Of a stretch of 64,000 nt of DNA, positions 25,852 to 39,624 are shown piece by piece (position 1 is the stretch's first letter; each line of letters starts with the position of its first letter). Where the stretch lies: the NCBI RefSeq assembly GCF_037042905.1, contig NC_087251.1, positions 19,780,001-19,844,000 on the forward strand. Reading direction: 5' to 3'. The translations under genes and the position numbers were made by a program. The DNA comes from Lytechinus pictus. Taxonomy: Eukaryota. The notes under the pieces were generated by a model, which saw nothing but the letters and a program-made list of their open reading frames with translations, was not told the DNA's origin and ran no database searches.

Positions 25852-28800
25852 GACCAAGAAAAAAAAAGGAGAAAAGGAAAAATATGACATAATTTTCTTA
25901 ATAGTATGTCAAAATTAGTATAAAAAAGGACATAATTTCAGCCTTTTTTCTGAAAATTTTTTTCCAGTAGCTACGATTTATACAAATATTGGATTTTAGT
26001 GTTCTACATGTATATGCGCTGATTTGAAGTTGCAAATGTTGTTTCGTGATAATTTTTGTGTTTATGTATGATTAAAACAACACATTCAGTGTTAATTATC
26101 TTGCATAAAGCATGCAATCGTACATGTGTCCAAGTGTATATATTCCTAAGCCTTGTACATACATTACCATCTAGAACTCGGCTGTCCGATTTGGACGGGG
26201 GCAACCTGACGGTCTGCAAGTGACAGTTATTTTGTCAACCAACGAAGGACTAGCGTAATACCGATGATTTTTACCAAAATATCGGTGGCGATTACGATGA
26301 GATGTTTAGTGAGAAAACTCTGAGCAAAGCCGCTGCAGAGTAGTTGTGTTGGGACCGGGTATTGGGGGAGGTATGGGTGCTGAGAGAAAGAGAAAATACT
26401 CTGCACTGCACCACGCATAGCCTTTAGGACAGTATTACAGCTCTCCACTTTTAAAAAAGCCAGACGCATAATCCCCTTCTTGAACGATTATTTGTCAAAA
26501 TAACCGAGAGGGAGATAAAAAAAATCCTAGTGCTGTAGGAACAAGAACAACAAAGTCGGCGTGAAAAGCTAGAGGAAACAATACTTTGCTCTCCCTATCG
26601 AGTACAGTTAGATAGCAACGTTTTCTTTCAGGCAAAGTTTAGGTGACAAATCCACATTTTTCTGCGCTTTTATGGAGAAAAGAAGAAAGAAGGGAAAACT
26701 TCATGAATTGGTAGGGTATCGTTTACTGCGTTGGGTACGCGGTGTTTATATGGAATATGCCAAGCGGGGATTTGGTTTTTAGCGAGATTTTTACTCATCA
26801 TGGCGACCGCTTCCCTTGGCGGAACAAACGCGAAGGATGATCAGCCGAGACCGGTTCGCTCTGTTCATGGAGCTAAATAGGTACATAAACCCTTCTAAAG
26901 GATATACTTAAATAAAATTAACGCTCATTGTGCGTTATGGCGTGATTGAATTCGTAATGTAGAATAAATCGAGAAGATAGAAGCTTTTATTCATCGAGTG
27001 TTTTATATCCTAAAAAGGTTAGCATTTTTAAGCCCGGATATGAATAATGTAGATCAACATAAACAATTAACCGAATAAATCGAGGAACATACTTATGCAG
27101 CTATATGTTGCATGGATTTGTAATAGCTTGATGAATTAAGATAATTACATCCCTTCCTAACATTGAATAACATAATATCCATACTTGAACTTATCATGGG
27201 TGAGTGATGAAATACAAATTAATTTCATATCGTATGCAATCCCGTATAGTTATCATGCACATCGTTACAGGCATTTACGACATCACGCTTTTGAACGCTA
27301 AGTCGTTGGGTATATAATAATAAAACCTCCAAACAATATTGAAGCACGATGCATATATTTATTTATATTAAGTACTGATAATTTATTCTTCCTTTTTTTT
27401 TTCGCTCATCTGGAGCATGAAAAGAAGGTTTCGCTATGTAAATGAGTTCTTTTATAATCGCGATTGACTGCCAGTACTTGCCGAAGAGTCACACACAGGC
27501 ACCGTCTAAGCGATTGCTGTCCGCGATGTCTCTTTGGTCAGAGGAGTGCAATGTTTGTCAGCGCCCTGCTACAACGTTTGTTTGTAGAGCGTGTAAAAAC
27601 GATCAACTTCTACCACTCAGCCCGTCAATAATTCTTTATATGTATACCAATATCCTCAACACCTTAGCATCGATCAAATAACGCTTCCAATTTTGGGGCA
27701 ATAAAAAATGGGCCAACTTCTATTCCATTCATGAACAACATTATGTCTAGAAGTATTTAGATATAAGGTATTGATTTTGATTCCCCTATTCTACATCGTA
27801 AACTATTTTCAGGAATAAAATCTAATATTACTGAAAATTATATTATTGTGATTCATTCATGCTTATTTAATATATTACCAAATGATCAAGATTGACCATG
27901 CCATTTTTATTTTTTTTACAGTATAAATATATTTCAACCTGCAGTTCCAATCATCTTTATGGTATAAAATGGTAGGGCCTACATAGTTATCAACCTAATT
28001 TCCCAAATACATCGGTGCTGGAAATGCGTTTGAATATCATATGTATCGATATAATAAATGAATAATAATCGCACTCAAAATTACATTTGATAAAATAGCA
28101 ATATTTTTTTTTTAATATAAAATATTTATTGATATCAATAAATAATGGACCTAATAAAGTATATAAACCAAGGGAGAAATATTTGAAAATGAAAGGTTAA
28201 TATAATTATAACTTTATTTTTTTTAGCGATAATATCAATCTAAACTTGTCATAAATGTTTAGAGACGGGTTATTCATGTAAAGTAAGTACTATGCTTACC
28301 ATGCACGTATGTGATCCCTATAGGAGTTTGATTATACCATGGACCATGATTGTACAACCTCAGTCACAAGATCAAGGTCGAAAGTTTCACTGTCGCATCA
28401 TCAGGATGTGACGACATAGCGTACGTACCACTCCACCGTGTCTTTCTTTACCTTCACTCACGATGATTCTCCGACTGCATTGTCACTGGACGTTCGCAGA
28501 ATGCTGCCAACTTTCTTCTTACGACAAATGATAAACATATCTTGAACAATGTACGAACATACTTATCGTCAAACGATTTACGTGTATCTGCCAGCAAAGG
28601 CTAGCTCGAGTCTGACTACTCAAAAGCAGTAGCACTCAAAATGCATCATGTAGCAACTGTCGAGTCGGCACTGCATCGCCGAGGCAACTGTCTATCTACG
28701 ATGTCATGACATATGTAATTCAAAGCACTCGAGATATCTACACCAGAATAATCTTATATTGGTCACTCTAGAAGTTGATGAAGTACTTGCAGACATTGGC

Positions 28801-31455
28801 GAACAGGCAGGCAATGGGTTCGGTAATTTCTGACCTCGGCACATCTATTTTTGGGGATTCGATTGTAAAAAAAAAAATATTACAGAATAAACACGCGAAT
28901 AGTTACATTCCCACGATCTCCTCAGCAGGAGAGGTATATGTTCTTCTATTTCACATCATAGCTCCAATATCTAGGCTTTAGAATGACCCCCTTTTTCTTT
29001 TCGACTGAAAAACAACGCTGCCGAAAAGATTCGAATACTGGTTTGCCAGGAATGAACTGAGGTGATGGATGACGGCATAGAGGTCGATACGGTTATTGAG
29101 GATAACATCAACCATGTCTGAATGCACGATCAGATCGACACTGTCAACAAAACATACGAATTACTACAGAGAACAATATAAATGAACTATAGATAACTAC
29201 TCATTCAACAACCACACCACGGAGCTAATAATGATTATATAATAATAATAATAAATGTTCTCTACTCTTGTCTCTTATCTCTTATACATCTTTCTTATGC
29301 TTTTTGGGGTGCGCATTTCTACTTTTATTTTACATAACAAAAATATTGTATTTTCTGTGATATCTTCAATTACCAATACGAAATTAAATGTGGATAAAAT
29401 GACGCAGTATGTCATATCATGTTTGTTTCGTTGCTTTAATCAGTGGTCACCAATGAAAATGACCAGATGAGGACAAGGTTTTGCAACCCAAGATGAACTT
29501 TAACCTTTAGTTTTCTACCATCCATGATTTAATAATTGACGATAACAACAAATATGATTGCAATTCACTGACTGCTTATGAGGTATATGAAATATGGATA
29601 GTCTGTTGGGATACTAACCTAATGAAACAAAATTCCACAGTCAGATTTTCGTGAATACCTTTTCACCCTATGCATTATTGCATTTTTTTAAAAGGGAAAT
29701 CAAAGCTAACCATAAATCATTCCTTCCTGTCGATTAGGGATTTACGACAAAAGAACGTTGACATATCCAAAAATGTACAAAAGTAAACAAGAAGTTTTTA
29801 TTCTGTGTTTTATTTGACAGTGTCTCCTTTTCTTTTCGGGGTTGCTCTGTAGGTTATGCGATGTACCCCCTAGAAGGTTTTAAAACCACCAACATATGGC
29901 CCGATAACTGTTTAGTGATGAGTGACAGTTATTGGGGTTGTCCAAGAAACGAGTTGAAGTCTTTTAGGACGTCGTTAAACTTGACCACGACTTCAAATTT
30001 GGAAAATAGGAAACTCGATCCGTCGGTTTAGAGCTATTCCTGACGGGAGAATAGGTCGGGTGTGTTAACAGATTTAGGTCACAATTTCACGTCTTGTCCT
30101 AATTCAGTCCATTCAGATTACCATCTTTTCCTAGAAATAAAACAAATTATAACAAGTTGACTTTCACATTTTTTCTAACGTTTAATCATACATACGTCTC
30201 ATACATCTCATAAAAAAATTGAATAGGCCTTTAAAAAATTCCCCATGTAAATGTTATCGAAAATTACACGGGCATGCTACACTCCTAATATGATCTAGGT
30301 ACCTACTAACTGGAAAACGACGCCAACACCGCCTGACCACAGAATTCATTGTAACATAATGATTCATGCATAATCGTCTCGTCTATTTAAAGAAAGTTTA
30401 TTGAAGGAGCAATGCTTAATGATGATATGAAATATTGTAAACCCTTTAAATATCACATTTTTTAAATTACTTTTTTCTAAATTTAATTAAAAAAAACGAA
30501 TTGTAGTTTTTCGTCATGGTATGAATATCACAGCAATTTTGAAAATGGCAGCCATTATGGACATTTTTCAACACTTCAAAGAGGAGTTGGTGAAATATAA
30601 CATGAAAGAAGGAATAAAGGAATGGATTTGCCTCCCGGGTGTTTTTGGTAAAGCACTACAAGAGGCGTTCTGGGCTTAACGAGTAATCTACAGGAGCAGG
30701 GATTGACAGCAACAGGAAAGCAATGAGAGGCAAGGTGTGTGCGAAGATTTCTGCGAGAGAGGGTGGGGTTGTACGGTGTTCTCGCAGGAGAACGCAGAAA
30801 AAAAAAGATGATCATCGATGAGTTTCATTATCATGATGATGGTCGGGGAAAGATAACTCATTAGCTTCGTTCGGAGTATATTCAACATCTTTTAGGAAAG
30901 CAAAACAAAGATATTTTTTCAACAAAGAAGAAAATGCCTGGAGAATGACTCATAGCATAGATTATCAAATGATGGTTTACCAATGGTAATACATTATGTG
31001 CATAGGGATCATACAAAATGCTATACTAATCGAAGCATTTGAGAAGCGGCTTATATAAATATATTAAATCTGGTAACACAATCAATAAAATGATTTATTT
31101 AATTACTGCACACCTTTATGAAGGGACCATTCCTAATTAATACTGATCGTTTGCCATTTATTATTTACATATTTCGCCACCATTATTGGGATACAGTTAG
31201 TAAAGTAGTTAAAGGATAGGGTTATCAAAATATTTAAATAAGCATGATCAGGATCAGTTTCACATAGTGATAAGTGAGACTCATACGCATATGCCAAAAG
31301 CGCATAATAGTTAATGCGTGTGATGTAATTCGTTAAAACGGGTAATGCGCGTGCCTTGAGCGTAACTTGACCAAAGCGATTTTGCTTCTGGTTCTGCTAA
31401 TACAAGTGCTACGTTTGATAGCACTTTATTCTTTTTCAAACAATATGTTGTGACT

Positions 31456-31544
31456 TATTATCATTACTACTTATCATTATTATTATCATCATTGTTGTTA
31501 TTATTATCATTATCATTATTATCATCATCATTATCATTATTATC
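31456..31544. repeat. Imperfect (ATT/ATC)n trinucleotide microsatellite
   Basis: TTATTATCATTACT...ATCATCATCATTATCATTATTATC. Confidence 0.8.
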
Positions 31545-34500
31545 AAATTGATGTTCTTTACCATCCAGTTTTTATAACATAATTATGCAGAGAACTAGAG
31601 CTGTTGAGGGCAAAATGATCAGAGTGAAATGAAATCGCAAAATTTCATTTACGAAATAATGATCTAGTTATTTATCATATTCAATATAAAATTGCCAAAT
31701 CCCTTGAATTCGAGAACATTATTTCTATTCGGCAGACCAATCAAAAACTTTTGAATTGAAATCAGCTGTTTTGGGGAAATTGCTTTACCATTACTTGAAT
31801 AAATTGGCCAATATAAACACAGATTGTCCGTGACATGTTCGTAGTGTTTTATGTTTAACTCTCTTCCACACACCATTGACATTAATTCCATGGTGAAAGT
31901 CCAATAGGATTTATTTGTCATACATCGCCCTGGAGAAAAAAAAATACCGAAATTGCTCAAGAAAAGTGGTTGGAAGTTGGACCGGGTCGATAAGAACCAT
32001 ATGTAGGCGTTATTTTGGAGTGATCTTGACGAGATGCTGAAAATCTGATGACAGACGCGCGCACCATGAGTTGGTCTACAAGTGTACCTCATTTCGCCAA
32101 GATGATCTATGACAGAATGCACTAACACACGATGTCAATAGGCGGGTCTACGCAAAATCCAAAGCATGACAGTTTAAAGTGCGCGAATTAGATTAATATT
32201 ATCAAGTGCTTTAGGGGGCGCGCCGTCTTGGCCCACTGTAATGAAATACGATTGAAAACTTTTGTCAGACGTGAGGGATAATAGAGTTTACACCCACACC
32301 AGATTTCACTTTTAATTCCTCACAGTCCCTCTTCCATATAATCGTCTTACCTCTGTGCCGATCCTCGGGCCTCACACGCTATGATTCTTTCTCTCGCCCT
32401 ACAAGCTCCAAGCACTGCCATCTTGGACCACCACCAAACGTTTTTGACTCTCCTATGTGGAGATCCAATGGCTTAGCCATTAGCAATCTGGTCTTGCTTT
32501 CTTCTCCTAAAGGGTTCTGTCTGAAACAAATTCTGCATTTAGCGCTTAAACCATGCGAGATGAAAAAGAGCGGGCAAAGAGGAAAGTAGACCTCAATTTC
32601 CATACCATTGTCAAGGGTAAATAAACGTCTCGGCGGTTTAGAGAAACATCGAGACCTATTCGTGAAACCGCGATGGTTGACATAAGCTGCCAGCTCCACA
32701 CACCTGGTGTATTTAAAACTTAGAGCGACCTTAAACTTTTCTAAACATATCCCCTATTCTTGTTGCTAACCGTTTCTTTGTGGCAAAGCAGCAATACGAG
32801 ACGTCCATCAAAAACTACTTTTCCTACAAATTCTTCTGTAACAGGCCCGAATGCACCCTGCCCATAGGCTAGCCCCCTCTTTCACCCGCAACCGCGGCCA
32901 GAACCACACGCGCATCAATACACCAGCTCACAGCAAACACACTCCATTGAATAGCTCTCAGGGCATCTATCCTCGGTCACGTCCCCTCATCACGCCAGCC
33001 ATCGCCGTTTTCTCTTTCACCAGTCCTTTAAATGGTCGTTCAACAACGCAAACAATACCTACTTATCCTATCTATGGATTTCTATTTTTTCTCTCCCATT
33101 GAGCCCAGTTACTTGCACCCAGGAGTAAAACATTTTCTCCTCGGCTTTTGTTCCTTACTGTCAATTCTTTGTGGCCCACGGGTGTGAGTAATGTGCAACA
33201 ATAGTGTAGCTTCCAGGGACATGGCAGACTTAAGAGGTCAGGATAACAGGAGTTCTAACACCTTCCCCCATTCCCTTCGTCATCACCCTGGTATTCCTTA
33301 ATCCATATACCCTATATGTGTTGCCAACATTGCTCTTAACATGGAGAAGAGAATGTTTAACCCTAACAAGTTTAACAGTTTAACTAAATCTGTATAGAAA
33401 TATTATGTGGATGTCTGAAGCTTTGGCAGATGATGGACTCGATGATAGTCCGAAGACTTTCTCTTGGATTTCTTTGCCCTATATTCGTTCATTACGTGTG
33501 AAATTTAGTCACCCATTATTAGAAGATACATTTAAGCCACTGAGGGTTCAAATATCTTCCAGTTCCAAAACATGCTTATGTGGATGATTATATGCATTAT
33601 TATACTAGAGTTTCACAATCCCCAATTCTAAAATTAAGCACATCGTACATGTCGTAGTTCGCTTAGCACTCTTGGTTGTCATTTTACGTCACATCGTCAC
33701 CCTGGTATGCAAGACTGTTCGTCACTATATGGTTTGCTCTCATTTCGACAAATTGACTGTGAGAACCAATCATATGTATAAATACCATTACTATAAAAAT
33801 ATACCTGCTAATCTGCTCATAAGAATGATCGTGAGGATGGGGACGCATATGATGCGGATACAGTATACCCAGGTGTTTGAATTACTACACCTCATTCAGC
33901 AAGTTGTAGCCTATTCAGTTTATCACACGACTTTGAAAAGAAACGATGATAATAATGATATTGTGAGAGTAACAATCCAAACAATAGTACAAATAATAAT
34001 AACATTAAACATTACTATAAGGAAAATAAAAATAATGTTAGCAATAATGGTAATAGTGAATAAATATACATTGAATTTAATTGATCTATTTTCAAATAAA
34101 AGGAAATTCGATTCCCGCTAGTGATAAATAGAATAGAGGTAGGCCTATACAAATTATTATACATAACAATGATATTGACAATAAATTTAATGAATTACAA
34201 TAGTAAATAACAATGATGATAATAACAACAATAGTCATTGTTATAATATATCTGTCAGGCACATTATTTCACACTATTACATTTTATTATAGTACTCCCT
34301 ATATAATAATTATCCGTATTCAAAAGACGATTGAGAGTGTGTACTGACGGTCTAAAGAAAATGAATGGAACTTTAACTATAATTATCTTCTAGTCCCTAA
34401 TTATGAAATAAAATACTTGATAAGAACAATATATTAATGGAAATGTGGGAGGTTGAACTTTGGCTGCCTTTCTTAGCGAAGGGAAAATTAATGGGACTCT

Positions 34501-37001
34501 CTCTTCTCTAAGCTACCATTTCACAAGGTAAAGAACCGTCATCGGCCAAATTTGTTTACTCAATTAATTTCCTGAGGATTCGAAAGTATTACTATTATCT
34601 CTCCATCAGTCGGAATAGCGTATTCGATGGCAGCCTGTCAGAACAAAACTAGAAATTAAACTATCGTTTTGTTTCAAATGACACTGCCAATTTGAATTGA
34701 ATCTTTCGAAAAAAAAATTGACGGCGCCCACTGACACTTTTATCGACCGGCTAAGGTTTGCTTAAATGTCTCCCTGGTCCGATAAGGCATCCTAATTTTT
34801 GCATACTAGTCGCTGATCTACAGATTGTATCTTTTCCCTAAAATGAAGTTTGCTTACCTGAGTCTTCCCGGGCATTAGCATTGAATAATAACTTTATAGA
34901 TATAGGTTTCTATGGTAACCGCAAGTCATTTATCCCGTCGTTATTAATTTCATTACCGATAAACGTTATCCTAAATGTATCATTGTTGTTGTAGTTGGTA
35001 ATTATAAATTTAAGATGTTCCGTATCCAAATTGTCAGATGAGATGATAATCGTGCAATTTTAATTTCCTCTGTACTATCATACTCGAATTCGACGGGCAT
35101 GATATTTATCTGGATAGCCGAAGACATCCGAAAAAAAAAAACAATATCGAAACTTATTTTAATTGATCTTAATCTTTGGAGAATCATAAAGGGTGGCTAA
35201 CCCTGAAAAAACATTGCTAAAAGGTAAGGGTATCAATAGTAATGTTATTGCTTTTCACTCTATGAAGCAACGTCAAAGTCTTATTAAAAAACAACGATGC
35301 TGTAAAATTTGCTACAAAGATCCTAAACTAAAGTTAATTGCAATGTTAACTTTTCCTATATTGCATCAGACTTATTATCATCATTACCATCATCATTATT
35401 ATTATTATTATTACTGTCATTGTTCTTGTTCTTGTTGATATTGTTGTTAAAGGAAATTACAGCAAATTTTCAAATGCTGTTCTTTCACCCCTTGGTCAAG
35501 CTGGTATTGTTCTTATGTAATGAATGATATCGTGCCCTGTTTTAGCCGCTTGTCGTTCATGACTTGTGATTTTCCAATCAATACACCATTTATGCTAATG
35601 TTTGGCTGAAAAAATCCCATGGTCAGTACCTTGAGGGCAACAGGTGGACCTGGGCTAGTCGATACACGAGGTCACCCTGGCCACTGTTTGCAGTCCGAAG
35701 AGGAAGCTACGCATCTCACCAAGAGAAAGATAATAATTACAAGGAAACAATATCCTTCCGCCAGCGATTAAATAGAAGCCGGTCCGGACCGCGAGGGGAA
35801 ACGCAATACTTTGTGTAATATTGATGACATACCAATCGGCTTAAAACAGTAAGAAAAAGAAACTTATATGAGTGATACTAGTATTCCTTTAGCTCAGTCA
35901 CAGGTAGGGAGAGAACGCCCCCAGTCGTGGATGCCGGGATGATTGCACATTTCCCTTCGCAGCTTCTTATGCTTTATTTTGATAGATTTCGATTAAAACA
36001 AACTGAATCGAATGAACATATCTTATGACATGTAACCCCTACCTTCCCAAATTAACAAAAATAAAACGTTTTCAGTCTATAGCGCACGTTTTCGTCTCAT
36101 TTCATCACTTGAGATCGGGTTTACTTTTTCTAATATCATCGAAAGGAAAGAGGAGGAAGGCAATCCTATGCCATGAATAAAGAACTCTCTTAATTGCGTA
36201 GAATGAGACTAAAATAAGAAATTTCTGAAAACAGGGGGTCTTAACTAAATAGAAAAAAATATCGAGTTACAAATCTTAGCTGGGATTCTTCGTGAGACCT
36301 GGTCTTTCCGATCGAATAAGATTCCGATCCATCACCAATGGGGAAGTTAAGGCTTGTGATTTATGGGTCCAATCGACCCTTGTCACCAACAGATACTCCT
36401 AAAAGCTATCATTTTCTATTATATTCTCGCGTCTTTGCCCTAGTTCGATCACTATTTTTATTGAGTTTAGTCTGAGTCGATAAAAAACAATTGTGTGGAG
36501 TTATTTGAAGAGACACCAAGTTCCTTCTTCTATAGGAAACGATATCTGACTATATCTTGGCATTTGTCTTGAACTCTTAGGCTACGATTCAAACATGTAT
36601 TTGACGATTAGGATGACACATCAGTGTCCGAAGAGCCTTTTACACGTGCAAATTTTTGCTTTAATACCCCCTGTACTATAAGAAGACAGATGGTTCTTAG
36701 TCAGTAAAGGACTATCATCATCTACAGGGTTTTTTTCTGATCGAACATTAATATTTCCGTACTAACTGCCCCCCCCCCATAAAGAAAAGGGCGACATGCA
36801 ACCCTTGTATAATAACCTCACAATCCATGATGACAATTTTAGTAAAAAAAACATGACAAATGATTGCCTGGTTTGGTAGATATTACATGCACAATCTACC
36901 AAAGTGAAATGCTAATTATAGTTTTAGTTAATGAAATACGGGGGAAAAAAACAATTTTGATGAAAATATAGAACTGAGAGAAGCTATTCCATCAAAATCG
37001 G

Positions 37002-37210
37002 TTAAACCTAACTTAACGGGGGTAAATTTGACACCCCAGTCTTGCGTATCATTTAAGACCGAATTTCCGACGCCCGGGTACGCCGTTCAGAAATTAAGCA
37101 ATATATTGTAAGTGCATGAAACACGCAAAATTGCTAAAAAACGTGATTTTTTTTGTACAAAGTCAATCTTTTTTTTTTCAACCAAAACCATAAATGTATG
37201 ATTATTCTTA
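37002..37210 (+). mobile_element. Decayed fragment of a TTAA-CCCT-type (piggyBac-like) non-autonomous element
   Basis: TTAAACCTAACT...GGGGGTAAATTTGACACCCC terminus-like motif followed by a repeat-like body. No opposite terminus found. Confidence 0.35.
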
Positions 37211-38809
37211 AAAATCATAAAGCGAAGAATTACAAATGATACTGTCGCATTTATTCATATGGATAGCATGACCCAGTTTTATTTGAGTCATTGATTTAGC
37301 ATCACATTTGATTTCACTTCACATGTCGAACGACATGAATGTTTTACAAAGATCCAAGATGATATCAAAGTAAATTTTGGCCAAATCCTGGCAAAATGGT
37401 TTGAGCAAGAACACTCTGGAGAGATGATACAAGTGTGTTATCGTTTGTAAAAAGTGGGTCATCGATGATGATTATTAGAATCATCCCCTGATTCTGCATC
37501 AAACGTCAATCATACGATGAAGATAAGGTAAAGCACAAACCATTCAGATTCGTATCCATGCGCAAAATAAAGAAAAACATTTATACAAACATCTTCCTAT
37601 GGTTGATGCAAACCCGGATAGACGGAGAGGTTTGGGAATCAATTCTGGAACTCTCTGACATAAATATCATTTTTTTCGAAAAGTCATGTTATCCTGTCTA
37701 GCCTTATTTAGTAGGGTTCATAAGGAGAGCAGGCAGCCAATGATTTCTTTTTATCCATAAATAAAAAAAGGAAAATATCTTTTAACTTAAACACTATTTT
37801 TGGAATAAATAAACTCTATTAAATTCTTGCTTCGCAAATAGGACGCTATTGAAAAAAAGAAAGATAAAACTCTTAAATGAGACCAAACGGATAGAGTGTT
37901 CGTTCCGCTCTGTTTATTGCAACAATTGTAAAATTAATGGATACACATGTCATCAAATAGGTTTTGAGGATGCGTTGCAGCTGTCACTGTGGTAGAGAAA
38001 TAGCGCCTATATCCGAACTGCGTTGCTCCATTTCCAACCTGCACTTCAGCGAATAATCTATTTGTTAATAAGTGTATTGAATGAATAAGGAAGGCGATGT
38101 CATATATAATTACGTGTGTCTTGATTCACCTCCATATTCTTGCTCAAACTCTCTTGTCTTTGTAAATGTTTACTTAAAGGCCAGATGCCGTCTGCTGGGA
38201 ATCTTCGCAAGATGAACATTGGATAAAGAGCATTCAAGGAAGACATGGATAACGCATTTTATTTATGTCGCATAATTCCATTTTGATTGTAAAAAGTGGA
38301 TGGATGTAAATCTTGATCAAATGGAAACCAAATGAAATAAAAGCAGATTTTACTACACATTCATTCATAATGTAAGCATAACCAAGTGTTTTGCCTTTTT
38401 CTGAATTAATTGCATATTTACGTAGTCGAAACACTAACAGGTTGCCAAATGGTGGCCTAACACTCCATGATTTTTCTTTTATTTCCGTGAAAAATGACAT
38501 TTGTGACGAAATAGACACTTTCAATTGGGAAATTGATATTGATACCTAAACTTGCATGTTGTCGTATAATATTTTGTGTATTTCTTATGTATACATCCCA
38601 TCAATAATATTACAATATTCAACATGTTAAGTGTGTAAATATCATAGATGAAAGCCTTTTCTCCAATATACGAAGTTTTCTATAAATACCTTCTTCCTAA
38701 CAAAGTTTTTCTTAGGTATCCGATTTGCCAGATAAATCTTTCTGAAAAGAATTTTGATTTGCTTTATTTTTTTTTCTTCTGCAAAAAGAATGTAAAAAAC
38801 TGACATGGT

Positions 38810-38811
<2 letters not shown>

Positions 38812-38887
<76 letters not shown>
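38812..38887. repeat. (TA)n microsatellite, left flank of the palindrome
   Basis: Pure TA run of about 75 bp. Confidence 0.95.
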
Positions 38888-38889
<2 letters not shown>

Positions 38890-38915
38890 GTGATGAGGCC
38901 AACTCAAAAGATGAC

Positions 38916-38975
38916 GCAGGACACCATTTCAGCTTTAGATTTCGTCTTTAATAAGACTTCGTCAGAAGCGTCTGC
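38916..38975 (-). ncRNA. Type I hammerhead ribozyme motif, predicted inactive copy
   Basis: Same motif as 39244-39303 but reads GAAA-UCU-AA-AGC-UG: position 15.2 G>U (38939) breaks the first stem III G-C pair, and the triplet is CUG (38930), violating the NUH rule. Confidence 0.65.
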
Positions 38976-39243
38976 AAATATAAGGAGATACAACATCCAA
39001 GTTTCTCTTGCACATCAGTGAATTATCATTAAGTTAAATATATTCCATAATCTCATTAGAAAGATGAATGAATGAATAAATTAATTGATTGATAAATAAC
39101 AAATAATTAATTCGAATTAATTATTTGTTATTTATCAATTAATTTATTTATTCATCTTTCTAATGAGATTATGGAATATATTTAATTTAATGATAATTCA
39201 CTGATGTGCAAGAGAAACTTGGATGTTGTATCTCCTTATATTT

Positions 39244-39303
39244 GCAGACGCTTCTGACGAAGTCTTATTAAAGACGAAAGCTAAAGCTAAAATGGTGTCC
39301 TGC
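39244..39303 (+). ncRNA. Type I hammerhead ribozyme motif (minimal, PLE-associated type)
   Basis: Core CUGACGA (39254-39260) plus extra A; stem II GUCUU/AAGAC with AUUA loop; GAAA (39276-39279); short stem III GCU-AA-AGC; triplet CUA (39287-39289). Stem I is UU/AA, 3-nt bulge, GACGC/GUGUC, GCA/UGC. Confidence 0.75.
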
Positions 39304-39387
39304 GTCATCTTTTGAGTTGGCCTCATCACAATATGTTTCATACTCACACCTCAAGAGCGTTTGGTACAAGTAAACTTGTCATCACAT

Positions 39388-39388
<1 letters not shown>

Positions 39389-39419
<31 letters not shown>

Positions 39420-39437
39420 ATATATATATATATATAT
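39389..39437. repeat. (TA)n microsatellite, right flank of the palindrome
   Basis: Interrupted TA run. Confidence 0.95.
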
Positions 39438-39546
39438 GTAACTTATTTCTATCTCATATTTTTTTTCTTCATTTATTTTATTTATTTGATTTGATTTATT
39501 TATTTTCTTCTGCAAAAAGAATGTAAAAAAAAAGACATGGTTGTAT

Positions 39547-39550
39547 TATA

Positions 39551-39624
<74 letters not shown>

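Larger units (their letters stand above)
38889..39388. mobile_element. Spacer-less palindrome of two inverted Penelope-like pLTR-type fragments inserted in (TA)n
   Basis: 38889-39113 is the reverse complement of 39114-39330 (centre TTC|GAA), with only a few substitutions and two 4-bp slippage indels. Each arm has a hammerhead motif. The right arm has a further 56-bp tail before (TA)n. Confidence 0.75.

Noticed and set aside
26800..26880. atcATGG short ORF MATASLGG...GAK*
   Set aside because: Stops after 26 codons before any usable donor; no support as a first exon.
31664..34121. ORFs of 154, 106 and 149 aa
   Set aside because: No homology signal I can recognise; the last runs through (AAT)n low-complexity sequence.
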